Part shown: piece after piece, positions 9,238 to 18,681 of the stretch | Numbering within the stretch: the stretch's first letter is position 1 | Layout of the letters: every line of letters begins with the position of its first letter | Assembly (NCBI GenBank): GCA_963727825.1 | Contig: CAVSHO010000009.1 | Span: forward strand, 932,428 to 996,427 | Direction: 5' to 3' | DNA: 64,000 bases | DNA from: Ignavibacteriota bacterium | GTDB lineage: Bacteria > Bacteroidota > Ignavibacteria > UBA10030 | Program-made: the position numbers and the translations under genes | The notes under the pieces: generated by a model | Told to the model about the DNA's origin: nothing | Database searches by the model: none | Seen by the model: only the letters and a program-made list of their open reading frames with translations

Positions 9238-11073
9238 TTATATCGCGTGTTCCGTTTCTTTCTTTTTCTTCTTTGCTTCACCGTTTCCGTTTGATTGCCA
9301 TACAAACAATCCACGCTTCTCGTATGTTGTGTGTAGAAGATTGTGCGACATATGCCCCAATGGTTCTTTTAAGAACTCTTTGTATAGCGTCGCAATTTGA
9401 GGATTCTCATGTGACTTACGAATCGGTTTGTTGGAATCCTCCAGATAAATAGATTCGGCTCTTTTCTTCTTTATTTCCCATGTAGTAGGAATCGGCTGAC
9501 CGCCACCACCAAGGCATCCGCCCGGACAAGTCATCACTTCGATAAACGCATATGGTGATTCCTTCTTTTCTATTTGTTCGAAAAGCTTCCGTGCATTACC
9601 CAGCGTATGTGCTACCGCAACTCTGACCTTTGTGCCGTTCATATCGACTTCTGCTTCTTTGATGCCTTCCATTCCACGGACAGCGGTGAAATTGATGTTT
9701 GCAAGCGTTTTACCGGTAACAACTTCATACGCGGTTCTTAGTGCAGCTTCCATGACACCACCTGTTGCTCCGAATATCACCGCAGCACCTGTGGATTCAC
9801 CCAACGGGCTGTCGAATTCTTCGGCTGGAAGATCAGAGAATTGAATTCCTGATTCCTTGAACATCCGGGCAAGCTCTCTTGTTGTCAGCACATAATCAAC
9901 ATCATAAAACGCATCGTCTTGTGACCATCCCTTCTTATCTTTCCAATGCTCGAAGGCGCTCATCATTTCAGGGCGCTTTGCTTCGTATTTCTTTGCTGTG
10001 CAAGGCATAATTGAAACGACGACCATCTTTCGCGGATCTATTCCCATCTTTGCTGCATAATATGTTTTCGCTACCGATCCGAACATTTGCTGCGGTGATT
10101 TACATGTAGATAGATGAGCAAGCGAGTTTGGAAAGAAATGTTCGGCAAACTTGATCCATCCGGGCGAGCAAGAGGTGATCATTGGAAGGGTACCTTTGTT
10201 CGTGATGCGTTTGATTAATTCATGGCCTTCTTCCATAATAGTAAGATCTGCAGTAAACTGTGTATCGAAGACTTTATTGAAGCCGAGTCTACGTAAACCG
10301 GCGACCATCTGGCCTGTCACAAGAGCGCCGGGCCCCATTCCCATGGCTTCTCCAATGCCAACACGAATTGCAGGTGCAGTTTGCACAACGACAACTTTAT
10401 CCGGATTCAAAAGGTCTTCAAATACTTCATTTGTGTCGTCCCGTTCAACAATAGCTCCAGTGGGACACACTAGTGCGCATTGACCGCAATTAGTGCAGGC
10501 AACATTTCCAAGACCTTTTTCCATGTAAGTTGAAATCTTAGTTTTAATGCCGCGTCCGGATAAACCGATTGCATACACTGTTTGAATGTTGCCGCAGACA
10601 GCAATACACCGGCCGCATAAGATACATTTGTTAGGATCTCTAATTATGGCAGGCGAGGTCTCATCACAAAGCTGTTCTTTTTTCGTCCGAACAAAGCGAC
10701 TCTCTTTTATACCTAATTCAGAAGCAATAGCCTGCAATTCGCAATTCTGGTTGCGCAGGCATGAAAGACAATCTTTTGGATGGTTAGCAAGAATTAATTC
10801 AACATTCGTTTTTCTTGCATCACGGATACGTGCTGAGTTCGTTACAATCTCTGTTCCCTCGTGCACACAGGCGGTACAGGAACGAACAAGTGATCGCGCA
10901 CCTTTCACTTCAACAACACAAACTCCGCACGAAGAATTTCTAGAAACATCCTCAAGATAACAAAGCGTCGGTATTTCGATTCCCGCCCGTTTGCAGGCAT
11001 CGAGGATCGTGATACCATCGGGAGCCTGATAATCTTTACCGTTAATTTTAATATTGATCATCTTCGTTTCCAT
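9238..11073 (-). CDS. hydA: [FeFe]-hydrogenase catalytic subunit (group A, HydA/HndD-type)
   Basis: H-cluster motifs ITSCSPGW, MPCTAKKYE, EVMTCPGGCLGGGGQP; N-terminal 2Fe-2S, His-ligated 4Fe-4S (HPKDC..C...C) and 2x[4Fe-4S] domains. Confidence 0.96.
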   Translation of the reverse strand: METKMINIKINGKDYQAPDGITILDACKRAGIEIPTLCYLEDVSRNSSCGVCVVEVKGARSLVRSCTACVHEGTEIVTNSARIRDARKTNVELILANHPKDCLSCLRNQNCELQAIASELGIKESRFVRTKKEQLCDETSPAIIRDPNKCILCGRCIAVCGNIQTVYAIGLSGRGIKTKISTYMEKGLGNVACTNCGQCALVCPTGAIVERDDTNEVFEDLLNPDKVVVVQTAPAIRVGIGEAMGMGPGALVTGQMVAGLRRLGFNKVFDTQFTADLTIMEEGHELIKRITNKGTLPMITSCSPGWIKFAEHFFPNSLAHLSTCKSPQQMFGSVAKTYYAAKMGIDPRKMVVVSIMPCTAKKYEAKRPEMMSAFEHWKDKKGWSQDDAFYDVDYVLTTRELARMFKESGIQFSDLPAEEFDSPLGESTGAAVIFGATGGVMEAALRTAYEVVTGKTLANINFTAVRGMEGIKEAEVDMNGTKVRVAVAHTLGNARKLFEQIEKKESPYAFIEVMTCPGGCLGGGGQPIPTTWEIKKKRAESIYLEDSNKPIRKSHENPQIATLYKEFLKEPLGHMSHNLLHTTYEKRGLFVWQSNGNGEAKKKKKETEHAI

Positions 11074-11082
11074 GTTATCCTC

Positions 11083-14000
11083 TTAGTTATCTTCTTCTTG
11101 GTGGCATTTGACATCACATCGCAGACAACGAGCAGCTTCCTGCAGGGCTTCTTCTCCGGAATACCCGCCCAGAACTTCTTGAAAACTTGAAATTCGTTCC
11201 TTGACAGGAAGTTTTTGTGGGTTGATTTTTTTGCCGCCTTCCGGTTCAGGAATCACTTCATCTTTATATTTGAAATCCCTAAATAACCGATGAAATCGTT
11301 TCTCCTTCATCAAATCTATATCAATCGCTTCTGCCGCTTGGCGGGCAAGTCCCATAGCTTCAGAGACCGTCGCCGGTCCGGAAACTGCATCGCCGCCGGC
11401 ATAGACCTTAGGTAAGTTAGTCCTGCAGCTTGGCTGTTGCACTTTGATAGAACCATTCTTTCTGAGTTCCAGACCAATTTCCTTTGCGGATTCAAATTCA
11501 ACTTTCTCACCGAGGGAGAGAATAATCGTATTGCATTCCACTATTGCAGTCTCGCCGGTTTCTATCGGTTTCTTTCGCCCGGTATTATCGAAACCGTCGA
11601 ACTTCATTTTATGAATTTCAAGGCCTGTAACTTTTCCTTTTATATCACTGATGGCTCGATGTGGTGCAGACAAAAATATAAACCGGATGTTCTCGTCTAT
11701 AGCATCTTTAATTTCATGAGCATTAGCCGGCATCTCATCTTTATCGCGGCGATAGACAATCGTCACATCGGTACCGAGCCGCAGACATGAGCGTGCTGCA
11801 TCAATTGCTACATTCCCAGCGCCAACGACAACAACCTTCTTTCCAAGATGAAGTTTCTTCCCGCTCGCAAATTTCTCAAGGAATTCATAACCTTGAAGAA
11901 CTCCTGTTAGATGTCTGCCCGGAATATCAAGTTCAATATCTTTCTGAGCACCGATAGCAAGGAAGACAGCATCATTCTGCTTTTGCAGATTCTTGAATGA
12001 AAATTCTTTGCCAATATGCGTATTGAAGACGAATTTTACACCAAGTTTTCTAAAGAGTTCAAGTTCTTTATTGAGACCATCTTTCGGTAAACGATATGCT
12101 GGAATTCCGTATTGTAGAATTCCGCCTGCTTTTGCATGATTATCATATACTGTGACGTTATGACCCAGACGAACGAGAAAATATGCTGCAGTCAATCCGG
12201 CGGGCCCTGCCCCGACAATTGCAATTTTCTTACCTGTAGGGGATAGCTTTTCTTTTATCAACCGCTGATAAGTTTCTCGCTCCTTGCCCATTTTGTACAT
12301 TGTATCTGCAAGATAGCGGTGAATATCGCCTTGTGAGACCGGATCATCTACCATATCTCTTCGGCATCGCAATTGGCAATGGAAGTAGCAAATTCTTCCG
12401 ACTGTACCAGGTAAAGGATTATCACGCAGTGTGAGTTCAAATGCTTCTTCGATCCGTCCTTCTTTTAAAAGTTGAAGGTACCCGGGAATGTTCATATGCA
12501 TTGGACAGCTATTTTCACATAGTGCCATGAACAAGCTCTCACATACACCAGCTTTACACCGCTTTTGAATTATATGTTTTTCGTATTCATCGCGGAAGTA
12601 ACGCAATGTGCTCAATACCGGATTCGAACTCGTTTGTCCCAAACCGCAAAGTGCAGAATCTCGAATTACATAAGCTAATCGCTCAAGTGTATCTAAATCT
12701 TCCATGGTTGCTTCGCCGCGTGTGATTTTGTTGAGAAGCGCGAGTGCTTGCGCCAGTCCTTCGCGGCATGGCGTGCATTTCCCGCACGATTCAGCATAAG
12801 TTACTTCAACAAAGTAGCGTGCAACATCTACCATACAATTATCCTGATCCATTACGACCATACCACCTGAACCCATGATCGTACCGAGTTTCGTTAGAGA
12901 TTCATAATCTACCGGTGTATTGAAATATTCAACTGGAATGCAGCCACCCGACGGACCACCTGTTTGCACTGCACGAATTTTCTTTTTGTTACCCGTGCCT
13001 TCGCCCATCTGATAAATTATATTTTCCAGCGGTGTACCAAGCGGCAATTCAACAAGGCCGGTGTTCTTAATTTTTCCAACAAGTGAAAATACTTTTGTTC
13101 CTGTGCTGGTTTGTGTTCCAAACTTTGCAAATGCATCTCCGCCAATCGTTAGAATGAGAGGGATATTGATCCATGTTTCCACATTATTGATATTGGTCGG
13201 TTTGCCCCACAACCCTTTTTGTGCAGGATACGGCGGCCGCGGAAGAGGTCTACCTGCTCTCCCTTCGATCGATGCAATAAGCGCGGTTTCCTCTCCACAT
13301 ACAAACGCACCAGCCCCTTCCACATACGACATATCGAAGCTGAACGAAGATCCAAAAATGTTCTTTCCCAGAATACCATATTCCTTCGCTGCGGCAACCG
13401 CTTTTTTAAATCGTTCAACAGCAAGCGGATACTCGGCTCTTACATACATCACACCTTCAGAAGCACCCATCACGTACGCACCGATCAGCATTCCTTCGAT
13501 AAGTGCATGGGGGTCGCTTTCAATTTCGTTTCGATTCATATAAGCGCCCGGATCACCTTCGTCAGCATTACAGATAATATATTTTTTATCCGTTTCGACT
13601 TTCTTCATCATTTCCCATTTAATAGCTGTCGGGAAGCCGGCGCCGCCGCGTCCACGCAATTTTGATTTCTTGACCTCATCGAGAACAGAATCAGGCGTCA
13701 TTTGCGTTAACACCTTCATCAAGGCGCTGTAACCGCCGACAGCGATATAATCTTCGATATCTTCCGGATTGATTAATCCGGAATCACGAAGGACGATCTT
13801 CTTCTGCCCTTTGAAGAATGGAATTTCATTCCAAAGAGGAACACTACTCAGCCCGGTTCCGAACTCTACTCTCGAGGTATAAAAATTCCAATTTTCGATT
13901 CTGCATAATGCCTTCTTCAGCGGTATCATTCCCCTGCAAAGACCATCAACAATACTCTCGGCATCCTTCGGGATAACTTTGTGTAGAATGACAAGCGGCT

Positions 14001-14244
14001 GTCCCGGGACATAACAATTGACAAGTGTCTCTTCAGCACAAAAACCGAAGCAGCCTATAAGCGTTAATTGAATCTTTGCTCTTTTTGCTCTAATAGCTTT
14101 CTGTAGACTTTCATATACTTCTTTTGCCCCGTTGCCGAGACCGCATGTTCCCATACCGACGGAAATTTTTGGTACGTCGGGAAGAAATTTTGCCAATCCC
14201 TGTTGCCTAATCTTTTCCAATGTTGAAGCATCATGTATCTTCAT
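11083..14244 (-). CDS. hydB: HydB/NuoF-type flavoprotein subunit fused to a C-terminal GltD/NfnB-like FAD/NADPH oxidoreductase
   Basis: Thioredoxin-like 2Fe-2S N-domain (GMGTCG...GCFGFC); NuoF motifs LRGRGGAGFP, NADEGDPG, GAFVCGEETAL, ESCGKCTPCREG; then CENSCP...GRICYFHC, IVGAGPAGL, VVGAGNVAIDAAR...YRR, EAARCLRCD. Confidence 0.9.
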   Translation of the reverse strand: MKIHDASTLEKIRQQGLAKFLPDVPKISVGMGTCGLGNGAKEVYESLQKAIRAKRAKIQLTLIGCFGFCAEETLVNCYVPGQPLVILHKVIPKDAESIVDGLCRGMIPLKKALCRIENWNFYTSRVEFGTGLSSVPLWNEIPFFKGQKKIVLRDSGLINPEDIEDYIAVGGYSALMKVLTQMTPDSVLDEVKKSKLRGRGGAGFPTAIKWEMMKKVETDKKYIICNADEGDPGAYMNRNEIESDPHALIEGMLIGAYVMGASEGVMYVRAEYPLAVERFKKAVAAAKEYGILGKNIFGSSFSFDMSYVEGAGAFVCGEETALIASIEGRAGRPLPRPPYPAQKGLWGKPTNINNVETWINIPLILTIGGDAFAKFGTQTSTGTKVFSLVGKIKNTGLVELPLGTPLENIIYQMGEGTGNKKKIRAVQTGGPSGGCIPVEYFNTPVDYESLTKLGTIMGSGGMVVMDQDNCMVDVARYFVEVTYAESCGKCTPCREGLAQALALLNKITRGEATMEDLDTLERLAYVIRDSALCGLGQTSSNPVLSTLRYFRDEYEKHIIQKRCKAGVCESLFMALCENSCPMHMNIPGYLQLLKEGRIEEAFELTLRDNPLPGTVGRICYFHCQLRCRRDMVDDPVSQGDIHRYLADTMYKMGKERETYQRLIKEKLSPTGKKIAIVGAGPAGLTAAYFLVRLGHNVTVYDNHAKAGGILQYGIPAYRLPKDGLNKELELFRKLGVKFVFNTHIGKEFSFKNLQKQNDAVFLAIGAQKDIELDIPGRHLTGVLQGYEFLEKFASGKKLHLGKKVVVVGAGNVAIDAARSCLRLGTDVTIVYRRDKDEMPANAHEIKDAIDENIRFIFLSAPHRAISDIKGKVTGLEIHKMKFDGFDNTGRKKPIETGETAIVECNTIILSLGEKVEFESAKEIGLELRKNGSIKVQQPSCRTNLPKVYAGGDAVSGPATVSEAMGLARQAAEAIDIDLMKEKRFHRLFRDFKYKDEVIPEPEGGKKINPQKLPVKERISSFQEVLGGYSGEEALQEAARCLRCDVKCHQEEDN

Positions 14245-14762
14245 GACTTTTTCCGTCCCTTCGATATTTTACTAAGAAGTTTCTGCAATTTAGAGGTTGT
14301 TACATTGCTGTAAATAACCCCGTCAATCGCTACGACAGGTGCGAGCGCGCACTGGCCGAAACATGCTACCGTGGAAATTGTGAATTGATTGTCCGGTGTT
14401 GTAAAGAACGATTCTCCCTCTTCAAGCGCTTTGCTGCATCCCAACATTAATCCCAGATCATCGAGCAACGCTTTTGATCCCTTTGTGTGGCAGGCAGTTC
14501 CCCTGCAAACTGTTAGTGTGTGTTTGCCCTGAGGTTTGAGATTGAAGAACGAAAAGAAAGTAACGACGTTGTACACTCGGGAGAGTGGAACGCCGGTTCG
14601 GAGAGCAACATGGTTAAGAGCTTCCTCGGAAAGAAATTTTTGTTCGCAGAGAAGTTGTGTCTCCTCAAGTATACTTAACAATTCACCGTGCTGCCCCTTG
14701 TGTTTTGTAATGACTGAATCGATTTCCTGTAATTCTCGCGACAACGTTTGAGTTCCGTTCAT
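14241..14762 (-). CDS. hydC: HydC/NuoE-type [2Fe-2S] subunit
   Basis: VCRGTACH and VACFGQCALAP motifs; ATGA overlap with hydB. Confidence 0.93.
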   Translation of the reverse strand: MNGTQTLSRELQEIDSVITKHKGQHGELLSILEETQLLCEQKFLSEEALNHVALRTGVPLSRVYNVVTFFSFFNLKPQGKHTLTVCRGTACHTKGSKALLDDLGLMLGCSKALEEGESFFTTPDNQFTISTVACFGQCALAPVVAIDGVIYSNVTTSKLQKLLSKISKGRKKS

Positions 14763-14811
14763 AACTGCCCCTAATAATTTTTCTGTTCGTTTTAAGCTAA
14801 TGTTTTATATA

Positions 14812-14827
14812 CGCAACTTTCGTTCCA
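14812..14827 (-). promoter_or_regulatory. Sigma54 (-24/-12) promoter of the hydrogenase operon
   Basis: Minus strand TGGAACGAAAGTTGCG matches TGGCACG-N4-TTGC with exact GG-N10-GC spacing, ~50 bp upstream of the hydC ATG. Confidence 0.7.
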
Positions 14828-15385
14828 TTTAAATTGAACGTAAAAAGCCATTATAGTTTTTAAAAATGACATAAAAACACCTTACATTCTTGGTATTCGG
14901 AAAGCGAAAAGGTCAAGCATTATACTATAGTATCAAAAGGAAGCAAACTGCAGCGTACGATATTGGTAAAGTATGAAAGTTAGAGAATTCTAAATTTCTT
15001 TTATTTTCGTAACGTTTCCGTTCAACGTATAGTTATTTTAAAAAACGAAAAACGGTTTCCTGAATCAAGTTTAACAATGATATCCCAAAAGAAACAAGCT
15101 GCTAATCAATATATGATGCCACTTTTACTTTCTCGAATGCCAATAGGCACAATTATAATATAAAGAAGAAAGATGTAAACAGTAAGACATTTTTTCCGAG
15201 AGTCGTAAATAAATAATTACTGAATCGCACTATAGGCACAATTCATTTATAATGACGAAATAGTAAGTTGACTTTGCCTGTGTTATCCGTGTTTTGATAC
15301 TTTGTATCATCTATAAGGTTCTTAAAAGATTTAGATAATTGCTTCATTGGACAAAAACAATTAATTTACAATAGTATAATAGTAA

Positions 15386-15415
15386 GCCGGTACATTGTGT
15401 GCCGGCATTTTTTTT
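15386..15415 (+). terminator. Terminator-like hairpin in the leader of the TonB receptor gene
   Basis: GCCGGTAC-ATTGT-GTGCCGGC followed by ATTTTTTTT, ending ~14 nt before ATG 15429. Confidence 0.55.
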
Positions 15416-15428
15416 GGAGCTTCGCGAA

Positions 15429-17750
15429 ATGAACAATTGTTTGCCATACTTTAATAAAACAAATACATATATAGTACTTTTCTTTTTTAATTTTTCATTC
15501 TCTCTTTCGCAATCAATTTCGCTTACCGGAAAAGTTGTAGATGCTGTGACGCATCAACCCATAGCCCAAGCAATTGTAGAAGTGCTCGAAACAGGGGAAA
15601 AAAAGAGCACAGATGATGAAGGGCATTTTCGGTATGAACGACTTTCTTCCGGACGATATACACTTTCTGTACAGCACATTGCCTATGCCAACACTGAACG
15701 TCTTATTGTTCTACCTCTCAGCCAAAATGATAGCATCATCATCAATCTGCGTCCTGCGCTCTATAAGTCTGACGAAGTAGTTATTAGGAGCACAAGAACG
15801 TCATCCGCAATGAATAATACAACATACCCAGTGGATATTGAAATGAGCGACCAGCTTACCCAATCTTCTAATGTTACTGTCTCCGATGCATTAAGTAAGG
15901 TACCTGGTATTGCTCTCGTACGCGATGGAATATGGGAAACCGCTATTTCAGTCCGCGGAATGACCCGATCCGACATCGTATCTTTAATTGATAACACAAG
16001 AATTGAAACTGCCAATGATATTGCTGGAGCGCTTTCTCTTATCAACATAAACGATCTTGAAAGAGTTGAAACGCTGAAATCTCCCGGATCAGTGCTTTAT
16101 GGAACAGGAGCTCTTGGTGGTGTTATCCATCTTGTAACGAAGCGTCCCTCGTTCACCGATCAAATTGAATCAAAAGCTGAATGGACAAGCAGTGCCTCCA
16201 CCGTCGATGGCGGACTATCTAATTTCGCAGCTGTGCAATCTTCGTCTGATCAATATGCGGCGCGAATAAGCGGCGGATATCGCAACGCAGGAAATACTAC
16301 TACACCAGACGGTATTCTACCAAACTCTCAGTATCATGATTTCAGTCTCACTGGCTCTTTGGGAATAAAAACGATTGATGAACAATCTCTATTTCTATCT
16401 TATCAACGTTCGCAAGCCGAAAACACCGGTATTCCCGGCGGTTCTGCTTTTGGCCCAACAGCTGCAGTACAATACACACTTGCGCGCCGCGAACTTTTCG
16501 GATTAGAATACAATATTCCAAATATTTCTTCCAGATTACCACTTATTACATTGCGAATGTCACGTCAGGAAATTGATAGGAATGTCGAAAGTAATCAGGG
16601 CGATACATTGATCGTAACACCGCACGCAGTTCACACAACGACGAACTTCCAAATAGAATCTAAACTGTGTCCATTAACAAATCATCTTCTTGATGTTGGA
16701 GCAGAAGCATGGGAAAGACAACTCGAAAGCGAACGCGAAAAGGATTTTTTAAACCAGAATAAAATTATTGGAGATCTGCCGATTCCTTCATCGAGATTCT
16801 TCAGTGCCGGCATTTATGCACAAGATGAATGGACGATAGTTCCAAACGAATTAACTGCTACATTAGGCGCAAGATACGATCTGATTCGTGTCAGCAACGA
16901 TAAGGCATATAATCCTGAATATGTAATCACTTCCGGAACTTTGCATACTAATACTGCAGATTCTACAATTCTCTGGAACAAAGGCACTGCGCATGATGAA
17001 TCGTGGAGTGGAAATGTGGGTTTGCAATACGCTCTCAATTCATATCTGGATTTAACATTTCTTGCGGCGACCGCTTTTCGATCTCCATCCCTTGAAGAAC
17101 GATATCAATATTTGGCTCTTGGGAATGGAAGGGTTCAAGTTGGAAATTCAAACCTTCAGCCCGAAAGAAGTTTTTGTTTGAATATTGGGAATCGAGTTCA
17201 CACGGATAATTTTAGCATTCAAACAGATGTATTCTTGAATCAACTGACTAATCTTATCACGACAGTGCCTGGAACTTTCGAAGGGGTTCCGGCTTTACTT
17301 GATACGAATATTGGAAAAGCCCGATTGTACGGCTATGAAATTTACAGTGAACTCGAAATAGCAACATGGAGCGTTCTGAAAACTTCGCTGGCCTATGTTC
17401 GCGGACAAGATACGCGTAATCATGCGGACCTACCGCAGATTACACCGCTCAACGGACAAGTAGAATGGAGCAGCTATTTCCGGCAAGTTGGCACAATAAG
17501 TATTTCCTGCACTTGTGACGCCTCACAAAAGAACCTTGCATCAGGAGAAATAAGCACAGCTGGCTATATGGTTGTTGATATCAATGCTGTAAGCGTTCCG
17601 TGGAATATTGGACGGTTTTCATTGACACTTCATTCTGGGATCCAGAATCTGTTGAACAAACCGTACCAAGATTATCTTTCAACTTTACGCGGTCTCGTAA
17701 AAGAAGAACCCGGCAGGAATTATTTTTTTTCTATAACCGTTGCGGTATAA
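15429..17750 (+). CDS. TonB-dependent receptor with N-terminal carboxypeptidase-regulatory-like domain
   Basis: LTGKVVDAVTHQPI domain; plug (ERVETLKSPGSVLYGTGALGGVI); AFRSPSLEERY and GNSNLQPE boxes; EPGRNYFFSI C-terminal strand. Confidence 0.93.
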   Translation: MNNCLPYFNKTNTYIVLFFFNFSFSLSQSISLTGKVVDAVTHQPIAQAIVEVLETGEKKSTDDEGHFRYERLSSGRYTLSVQHIAYANTERLIVLPLSQNDSIIINLRPALYKSDEVVIRSTRTSSAMNNTTYPVDIEMSDQLTQSSNVTVSDALSKVPGIALVRDGIWETAISVRGMTRSDIVSLIDNTRIETANDIAGALSLININDLERVETLKSPGSVLYGTGALGGVIHLVTKRPSFTDQIESKAEWTSSASTVDGGLSNFAAVQSSSDQYAARISGGYRNAGNTTTPDGILPNSQYHDFSLTGSLGIKTIDEQSLFLSYQRSQAENTGIPGGSAFGPTAAVQYTLARRELFGLEYNIPNISSRLPLITLRMSRQEIDRNVESNQGDTLIVTPHAVHTTTNFQIESKLCPLTNHLLDVGAEAWERQLESEREKDFLNQNKIIGDLPIPSSRFFSAGIYAQDEWTIVPNELTATLGARYDLIRVSNDKAYNPEYVITSGTLHTNTADSTILWNKGTAHDESWSGNVGLQYALNSYLDLTFLAATAFRSPSLEERYQYLALGNGRVQVGNSNLQPERSFCLNIGNRVHTDNFSIQTDVFLNQLTNLITTVPGTFEGVPALLDTNIGKARLYGYEIYSELEIATWSVLKTSLAYVRGQDTRNHADLPQITPLNGQVEWSSYFRQVGTISISCTCDASQKNLASGEISTAGYMVVDINAVSVPWNIGRFSLTLHSGIQNLLNKPYQDYLSTLRGLVKEEPGRNYFFSITVAV

Positions 17751-17774
17751 TGAATTCTCAAGAGGATTAGTAGA

Positions 17775-18656
17775 ATGTTCTGGTTCACGTTGGCAACTTG
17801 TTCTGCACTGCTTTCGGCAACAGCAGCTGTAATTCAGAAAAAAGTCTTGTTTCGAGTAAATGCTCTTGAATTTTCATTTCTTGTTTCTATAATCATTTTA
17901 ATTTTTTCGTCATTCATACCATTTTCGATGGATGTCACTTCTCTTGCTCCATCAACGTTAATGATCATCATTGGTAAAAGTATTCTCGGTGGAGCTGCAT
18001 TTCTATTTGTTATGATGTCTTTAGAACATAATCCGATTAGCACCGCTTTGCCGATTCTTGGTATGACGCCCGCGGTAACGGCGCTTGCCGCTTTGTTGAT
18101 TATCGGAGAATCACTTCATAATTGGGAATGGCTGGGAATTGGAATGATGATGGTAGGGACTTATATTTTAGAAAAGCGTCCGGCACAACGAATCTTTCAG
18201 CCATTCAAAGAAATTCTCTATTCAAAAGATCATTATTATATATATAGTGCACTCGGATTGTTTGCGGTTTCATCTGTCTTTGACAAACTTCTTGTAAGCG
18301 GATATAAAACCGATCCTCTTGTTGTTCTTTTCTATCAGCATATAGTCTATTGTGCGATGTTCGGTTCTCTATTATTAATACGCAAACAATCCTTTCAAGC
18401 AGCAGTACAAAAAGGAACGTCACAGCTTCCATTTATTGTCGCGGTCGCATTCTTGACTATTGCTTATCGCTTTACTCAGCTTGAAGCAACAAAATTTGCA
18501 CCGGTAGCTTTGGTGTTAGCTATAAAGCGAACTTCTATTTTATTTGCATCGTTTTTTGGGGGAAAAATATTTTCTGATGAGCGGCTAAAACAAAAACTTA
18601 TTGGCGCAGCAATCATTGTTGGCGCCGGTTTTATCATTCTTAGAAATGTCGGATAA
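17775..18656 (+). CDS. EamA/DMT-family transporter
   Basis: Ten TM helices in two repeats (IIGESL, KIFSDER). Confidence 0.85.
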   Translation: MFWFTLATCSALLSATAAVIQKKVLFRVNALEFSFLVSIIILIFSSFIPFSMDVTSLAPSTLMIIIGKSILGGAAFLFVMMSLEHNPISTALPILGMTPAVTALAALLIIGESLHNWEWLGIGMMMVGTYILEKRPAQRIFQPFKEILYSKDHYYIYSALGLFAVSSVFDKLLVSGYKTDPLVVLFYQHIVYCAMFGSLLLIRKQSFQAAVQKGTSQLPFIVAVAFLTIAYRFTQLEATKFAPVALVLAIKRTSILFASFFGGKIFSDERLKQKLIGAAIIVGAGFIILRNVG

Positions 18657-18681
18657 ATAGTTAATATGTCAATTGGATCGT

